DNA from: Podarcis muralis
Lineage: Eukaryota
NCBI RefSeq assembly: GCF_964188315.1
Contig: NC_135665.1
Coordinates: 34,596,001-34,660,000 of the forward strand
Length of the DNA: 64,000 nucleotides
Reading direction: 5' to 3'
Part shown: piece after piece, positions 62,195 through 64,000 of the stretch
Position numbering within the stretch: the stretch's first letter is position 1
Layout of the letters: each line of letters opens with the position of its first letter
Notes under the pieces: generated by a model
Databases searched by the model: none
What the model was told of the DNA's origin: nothing
The model's input: only the letters and a program-made list of their open reading frames with translations
Made by a program: the position numbers and the translations under genes

Positions 62195-62668
62195 TGTCAG
62201 GTGTGCATGCAGGAGCCAGGCCCTGAGACCAATAGGACTTTGCAGGACTGGGGCCTTCCTAAGTTTGTTCTGAAGAGACAAGGCGCGGCCTCACAGGTAA
62301 GGCCGATTGGTAACTCACAGCACCTGGTGGCAAGAGCTAGGAAGGGATATAAGGTCAGCATTTCCCTTTGGCTCTTTGCCACAGCAACACGCTCCCTGCC
62401 TTGCTGCGTTTGGCTTCTTGGTTCCTGATCCTTGAACTTCGGCTTCTTGACTCCCTGCTTCTTGATCCTCGGACCCCTGACTTCGTGCCTCCTTGCTTCC
62501 TGACCCTGAGACACTTGGCTTCTTGACTCCCAGCTCTCTGACCCTCGGACTCTTGGCTTCCTGACTCCTGGCTTCTGGACTTCCGTTCCTGCTCCCACTC
62601 CGCCATCTTGCCCCTGGTCCTCACGTTCCCTGCCGGGACTTCGATTGCCTGTGAACCGGACCGTTACA
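62195..62668 (+). mobile_element. Probable solo LTR (Gypsy-type)
   Basis: TG...CA termini (tgtcagg ... ccgttaca); TATA-like atataa at 62347-62352; pyrimidine-rich degenerate repeats (ggcttcttgactcc). TSD not found. Confidence 0.6.
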
Positions 62669-64000
62669 ATATAACATTAAAAGAGTTGGGGGGGGGTGTA
62701 TGCCACCTTGAGCTCACTAGAAGGAAGATGGGATATAAATGTAACATTAAATGAAGAGACATACAAAAAACAACCACCAGAGAGCAGAATTACTGAGAAG
62801 AACCAGGCAAGCACTTAAATCAAGGCTTCTGTCAGAGTATTGCAGTCCCCTCATCCCTGTCCGTAGGCCATGCAGTCTGGAGCTCATTGAAGCTGGAGGC
62901 CAGCAACTTCATAGCTGGCATCAGGTTCAGTAAAATGCCATTTGTATGTCAGAATAAGATACCATTTACTGGTGTGGGACAGTTGAAGCAATTAAATGAT
63001 ATTTCCTTATATCCCATGCCATTGCAATATAAACCCCCAAGTATGGAGCTGCAGTCAAAATATAGTCCTAAAAAAAAAGAAAGTTCAATTAAGTTTCCTT
63101 TACCATTTCAGCTTGGCTTCATAGTCACTTAAATTGTAGGTGGTGTAGGAGTTTCAGCATTTTAAATTCACATATTACTGTCTGTGTATATCACTGCTAA
63201 CATTTTAGTCTCAGTCTGTCTCAGAATGCCTCAGCTTTTTTTTTTTAATCTGGAGAAATGCTAAAAATGAAATGCAGTTCCCAAGGAGAAATGCCCTTGA
63301 AAATCAATAGCAGTCCTTAGAAAACCTACAAATAACAGACTTCAGAAATACAAAAAGATGTTGCTTCACCACTCACATCCTGTGGGGAAAGCAAGTATAG
63401 GGTGGGGGAAGAGAGATGCCATAAAACGGGGGCATATTAGGCTATAGACACAATAGTGGCTTAAAACACAGGTAGGCCTTTTCCCCCTGCTGTGTTGCAG
63501 GCTGTGTTTGCATGCTGTTATCCACACCACAGAGGGGGCGGGGGTGTCTTCATCTGATGCACATTACCTGCTTTGTTTCCATGCCCCAGCACCACACATT
63601 CATGAAGCGTCACCAATGGCTGTCTCAAATGTGCACACCTCAGCTCAACTTCAAAGTGAATATGGCTTTGAAGATTGAAGCTAGTTTGAGGGGATACTAA
63701 TCAAACAGCAGTATGTCTCAATAAACTACAAGATAGCTCAGCATTGTGGGTAACATTGTATGCACACAGTTTCAAAAGCCAGAGGTGGGAGGGCACTAGA
63801 GCCCAGAGTAAGTGGTGATGTGTACACAGCCATCCAAGCAGTGACTCATTTGCGTGTTCACACCCAGAAACCTCCCCCCTAAATAAATTCACACTTGACT
63901 CAAATTTTTGGTTTGATTTTTGGCAAAATTTAGGCCACAACTTTAATGATTACAGAAAGTGACTGGTTGCATAGGCTCTGGTTCGACTAGCTCCCTGCCA

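Overview
Vertebrate genomic DNA, most likely from a lacertid lizard (inferred from the Sauria-SINE, BovB and Penelope repeat content). The window lies inside EDIL3 (Del-1) on the + strand. Five coding exons (129, 114, 182, 156 and 145 bp) have canonical AG/GT sites and compatible phases; they encode EGF2 with the RGD motif, Ca-binding EGF3 and the first discoidin/F5-8C domain. The 5' and 3' exons were not found in the window. The introns hold many retroposons and MITEs, several with clean target-site duplications (TSDs). Most notable: (1) a 1.94-kb composite retro-insertion (44989-46928) in which an L1 5'UTR plus open ORF1 is fused in frame to a headless Sauria SINE, all inside one 18-bp TSD and with no poly(A) tail; (2) a forward-inverted-forward micro-triplication at its 5' junction; (3) a Tc2-type MITE expanded by about 7.5 copies of a 128-bp double-hairpin unit, with the hairpin loop flipped in some units; (4) two Penelope-like remnants carrying minimal hammerhead-ribozyme motifs; (5) a DIRS-like insertion that offers an in-frame acceptor, stop and poly(A) signal right after the EGF exons. 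Family names and exon numbers come from recall of known families, not from database searches.
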